DNA of 33,888 bases, from contig JAOZPK010000004.1 of assembly GCA_029932755.1 (NCBI GenBank), forward strand, positions 1 through 33,888. The letters are read 5' to 3'. Source of the stretch: Candidatus Cloacimonadota bacterium. Its GTDB lineage: Bacteria; Cloacimonadota; Cloacimonadia; Cloacimonadales; TCS61. The notes beneath the pieces are model-generated. The model was not told the DNA's origin. It was given only the letters and a program-made list of their open reading frames with translations, and did not search any database. Made by a program: the position numbers and the translations under genes. Of the stretch, positions 30,658 through 33,888 are shown in pieces. The stretch's first letter is position 1, and each line of letters begins with the position of its first letter.

Positions 30658-30768
30658 TGTCATCCTGAGTGTCCGGCTAATGCCGGATGTATCGAAGGAG
30701 TATGAAGTATAACTAATTTGTTACACTTCGATACGTCCCGAAAGCTTTCGGAACTACTCAGTATGACA
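30658..30768. repeat. Nested palindromic (four-way junction) REP-like element
   Basis: Outer arms TGTCATCCTGAGT/ACTCAGTATGACA; inner hairpin TCCGGC-taat-GCCGGA; stem GTATCGAAG/CTTCGATAC; palindrome CCGAAAGCTTTCGG. Confidence 0.8.
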
Positions 30769-30784
30769 TTTATTGTGACAGTTA

Positions 30785-31489
30785 TCAAAATCCTTCGATC
30801 TTAATATTAAACTCAACCGTCTCGATCACTATTTCACTTATTAAGTTGTCATCAATATCGGTTGAGATCGTATGTATTGGATAACTGATTCCATTCACTA
30901 CTTTATATTCGAGGTATGTTCTTATAATTTGTTTCGTGTCTATTAAATAGGTCATTTGAACAGGTAGTTTCTTTTTAATATCAACAAATAAATTAAATAC
31001 AGAATCATCTCTCATTAATTCAAGTTCATAGCACTCTCTTTCCAAAACAGTTTTTTCACCCAGAAGCTTGATCTCGAAATCTGTTTTACTCTGTGCAATC
31101 TGAATCAAGTTCCTATTTAAATTCCCACTAATTGTATTAATATATTTCTCCGGCAAATTTTCATAATATCCTTTTGGATATTTAAGCCAACCACTATCAT
31201 TATCTATTATGAATTCCTTATCTTCGAACTTGATCCGTAGTTTACCCGGGAATTTTACTTCTACTAATACGGGAAATGAGATTGTACCTAATTCCATTGG
31301 CTGCCTGGCTGTGCCTATCGTGCGTATGGTTTTTATTTGATCTACATTGCCAATACTTTTCACCATTTCATCAAATATTTTATTACCCTCAAATTGCTGT
31401 TTCTCACCAAGTTTATATCCTTCAAATTCCTCAGAAAATAAAGGGACAGAAATAAGAAACAATATACAAATTAATTTTATAAATTTCAT
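30785..31489 (-). CDS. Secreted hypothetical protein, possible LolA-like/lipoprotein-sorting fold
   Basis: Signal peptide, RBS AAGGAG and a beta-rich pattern (LLGEKTVLERECYEL, YKVVNGISYP). The fold call is by resemblance only. Confidence 0.7.
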   Translation of the reverse strand: MKFIKLICILFLISVPLFSEEFEGYKLGEKQQFEGNKIFDEMVKSIGNVDQIKTIRTIGTARQPMELGTISFPVLVEVKFPGKLRIKFEDKEFIIDNDSGWLKYPKGYYENLPEKYINTISGNLNRNLIQIAQSKTDFEIKLLGEKTVLERECYELELMRDDSVFNLFVDIKKKLPVQMTYLIDTKQIIRTYLEYKVVNGISYPIHTISTDIDDNLISEIVIETVEFNIKIEGF

Positions 31490-31552
31490 GCTAATTCAAC
31501 TCCTTCGACTGGAAAATTGATAAAATGGATTTTTTGTCAAATGTTAAAAAAG

Positions 31553-31770
31553 GGCAACTACACCAACATGGAGCGAAGCGGAATACTCCAAGGCGTACAA
31601 GTTTTGATTAATGGGACGAGCGTGTGTTGCGTGTGAAAGAAGATTTATCTTATTTAACTGACGCAAACACGTATGATAGGCGAAGTTCGCTGAGCCTAGC
31701 GTGCGGGTTACACGCTCGTCCCAATAGGCAAAAGAGCGAAGCGAATTTTGCCTATTGTTGTTTAGAGCCT
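31553..31770. repeat. GC-rich multi-hairpin intergenic element
   Basis: 14-bp perfect inverted repeat (31612-31625 / 31710-31723), 12-bp hairpin (31722-31757) and GAGCGAAGCG twice (31571, 31734). Confidence 0.7.
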
Positions 31771-31832
31771 GCCATGTTCTTCTCGCTCTTCTCTCAATTT
31801 AAATGTGGAGGCTTTTGTTACAAGCATCTTCT

Positions 31833-33888
31833 CTATTTCAAAAGCAAACATTTTTTAACTGATTCGTTTTTCTCATCCAATCGCATTTTGTAGAAATAAA
31901 CTCCTGAGCTTACAGATTTATCAGCTTCATCTTTACCTAACCAGACAACTGAATGATTGCCTTTTGCAAGATTATCATTAACAAGTGTTTTAACTTTTTG
32001 ACCTTTAATGTTAAAGATAGATAATTCAACATTACTTTCAATTGGAATAGAGAAATTGATTGTTGTAGAAGGATTGAATGGATTGGGGTAACAATAAAGT
32101 GAATTTTCTGAAGAAATAATTTCGTCTTCTACTGAATGAACATAATCAGAAAGATCAATTTTTTGGACATAATAATTTCTTTGATATTCACCTTCAAGCG
32201 GCTTGTAACCACAAGCGATTGGCATAAATACACAGTTGTCAGCAAAGATAGTATTATTTGAAAATTCCATCATCTCTCGCTCCATTATCGTCTCAGAAAA
32301 TTCAGGAACTAATATATTACCAATGTTATCTGTAATCATATATGAAAACTGATGATCATAATTTGATAGCATTGAATTAAATACAAAAATAAACTTTTCA
32401 CTTTGTTTATAGACATCTAAACCACCAATAATCGGATTTTGAGATGTATAATCAAAACTGCTTTCTACAATAAGATTATGTTCATAATCAAATTTATCTA
32501 TATTAACAGAATCGGGATAATTAAAACCTATTAGATAAAATCCAGCATCTTCAAAAATTGTATGTAAATCTCCATAATCGCCAATAGATACAGTCCAAGC
32601 TTCATCCCACATCAAAATACCATCTTCAAAATAATGTAAATCACGTGTTCCCGAAGTACCATCTCTTGTAATAGCAAAGAATTTATTTTCATTGCCATTT
32701 GTGTATATCATATCACTATCGTTAGTTAATATGATTGGTTCAGAATAAGTACCGTTAGGATTTATTTTAATATCATAAACGACATTATTATATTTGAAAA
32801 ATAAATTATTTCCTTTCACATTTGTGTCAGTGAAATAAACCACATCAGCAACTTCAATAGTCTCTGTTTCAGACCAAAGCAAACCATTTTCATCAAATGC
32901 AATATATTCCAGAATGTGACTTGAAGGATCAAGAGTAATAGTAGTCAATAAGAACAAATATCCATCATAAAAAGGGTAGATACATTGCTCGTAAAGAGGT
33001 CCATCCGAAACTGTAAATTGTTCACTCCAAAGATGCTCACTATTCAAATCGTAACAATCAATAGTAGCAGTTGAATTTTCAGATGAAACAACAACATCAT
33101 AAATCTTATCCTCAATTATTCTGAAGTTTCTAATACCTTCAATCAGTTCAGTGCCATTTGCTGGATATTGAGGATTACCATTTTCATCATATTCTTGGAT
33201 CATTAAAGAATGATGTTCTGAAGAATACCAAAAAGATGCTAAGTTTGAATTTTTCATTGATAATTTTGGATTGATAATTTCATATTCAATATCTCGAATT
33301 GTGTTAACAATAGTAGTATCTTCTGTCTTGCGCATTGTATAAATCTCTTTATCACCAATGTTATTATATCCTGCAAAGCTAAAATTATCATCTAGATAAT
33401 ACTTCTCACCCCAATAATTTAAGCTGTTTTCAGGTAAGTAATGAATTGGCTCACTTATACTATTCTCATTTAATTTAAGAAGATATGCATCAAAAGAAGG
33501 ATTATAAGTATAACAAGAAACAAAATCAACTTCTTGATCATAAGCCTGAAGTCCATAAAAAGAAATCTCATTATTATGCGTAAAAGTATTCAATATTTCA
33601 CCCTCGAAATTGCATTTATGAAAAACAAGATAATCATTTGCGTCTGAAACAATTGCATAAAAATAATTTTCGGATAATGTAAAATCATCTGCTTTCCAAT
33701 TATAAGTATTGCAAATAATTTTTGGGTCTTCAGGTAAAATTGAATTTCCTTCTAAATCAAAATTATGCATTTCTAAATCGTGTGTATCTGGATTAAGATA
33801 GAAAACAAAGAACGAATTATTTATGAATTTAGAAGAATTATAATTTCCTATTGAAAATGAATCTGATTGTTCAATTACTTCACCATTC
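31833..33888 (-). CDS. Large acidic secreted protein with C-terminal FlgD-Ig / Por(T9SS)-like sorting domain (5' end outside window)
   Basis: C-terminus YPNPFNPSTTINF...IFNIKGQKVKTL...SSGVYFYK...KKCLLLK. The frame stays open from 33770 to the window edge, so the ORF-track start is internal. Confidence 0.88.
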   Translation of the reverse strand, partial: NGEVIEQSDSFSIGNYNSSKFINNSFFVFYLNPDTHDLEMHNFDLEGNSILPEDPKIICNTYNWKADDFTLSENYFYAIVSDANDYLVFHKCNFEGEILNTFTHNNEISFYGLQAYDQEVDFVSCYTYNPSFDAYLLKLNENSISEPIHYLPENSLNYWGEKYYLDDNFSFAGYNNIGDKEIYTMRKTEDTTIVNTIRDIEYEIINPKLSMKNSNLASFWYSSEHHSLMIQEYDENGNPQYPANGTELIEGIRNFRIIEDKIYDVVVSSENSTATIDCYDLNSEHLWSEQFTVSDGPLYEQCIYPFYDGYLFLLTTITLDPSSHILEYIAFDENGLLWSETETIEVADVVYFTDTNVKGNNLFFKYNNVVYDIKINPNGTYSEPIILTNDSDMIYTNGNENKFFAITRDGTSGTRDLHYFEDGILMWDEAWTVSIGDYGDLHTIFEDAGFYLIGFNYPDSVNIDKFDYEHNLIVESSFDYTSQNPIIGGLDVYKQSEKFIFVFNSMLSNYDHQFSYMITDNIGNILVPEFSETIMEREMMEFSNNTIFADNCVFMPIACGYKPLEGEYQRNYYVQKIDLSDYVHSVEDEIISSENSLYCYPNPFNPSTTINFSIPIESNVELSIFNIKGQKVKTLVNDNLAKGNHSVVWLGKDEADKSVSSGVYFYKMRLDEKNESVKKCLLLK

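Noticed and set aside
31690-31725. Group II intron domain V look-alike (GAGCC...)
   Set aside because: It does not form the domain V stem with a GNRA loop, and there is no RT ORF or domain VI.
30332-31770. CRISPR array or DGR among the repeats
   Set aside because: No regularly spaced 23-47 bp direct repeats, no cas or reverse transcriptase genes, and no TR/VR pair seen.
31624-31893. 89-aa plus-strand ORF from the track
   Set aside because: It overlaps the structured element and the 3' end of the opposite-strand gene, and has no RBS.

Overview
AT-rich bacterial chromosomal segment made up mostly of housekeeping genes. The style of the C-terminal FlgD-Ig/Por-like sorting domain, the DUF2723 gene and the long-form SecA suggest an FCB-group organism, probably Cloacimonadota (inference). 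Plus strand: DUF4390-like protein, NtrY-like kinase, NtrX/NtrC-like sigma54 activator, sppA, TPR protein, tRNA-Leu(TAG), tig, clpP, clpX, DUF2723 membrane glycosyltransferase, uvrA, dapD, PLP aminotransferase and two tandem membrane GGDEF proteins. Minus strand: lipoprotein, ABC permease, topA, Smg-like protein and secA. These are followed by transketolase (+), a secreted protein (-) and a 5'-truncated large secreted protein (-). I saw no integrase, transposase, CRISPR array or defence locus. The most notable unannotated item is a complete small transcription unit between clpX and DUF2723: a 57-aa ORF missing from the ORF track, with a strong RBS, a near-consensus sigma54 -24/-12 promoter, two phased enhancer-like palindromes and a shared terminator. 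Three intergenic regions also carry multi-hairpin REP-like elements of different types.
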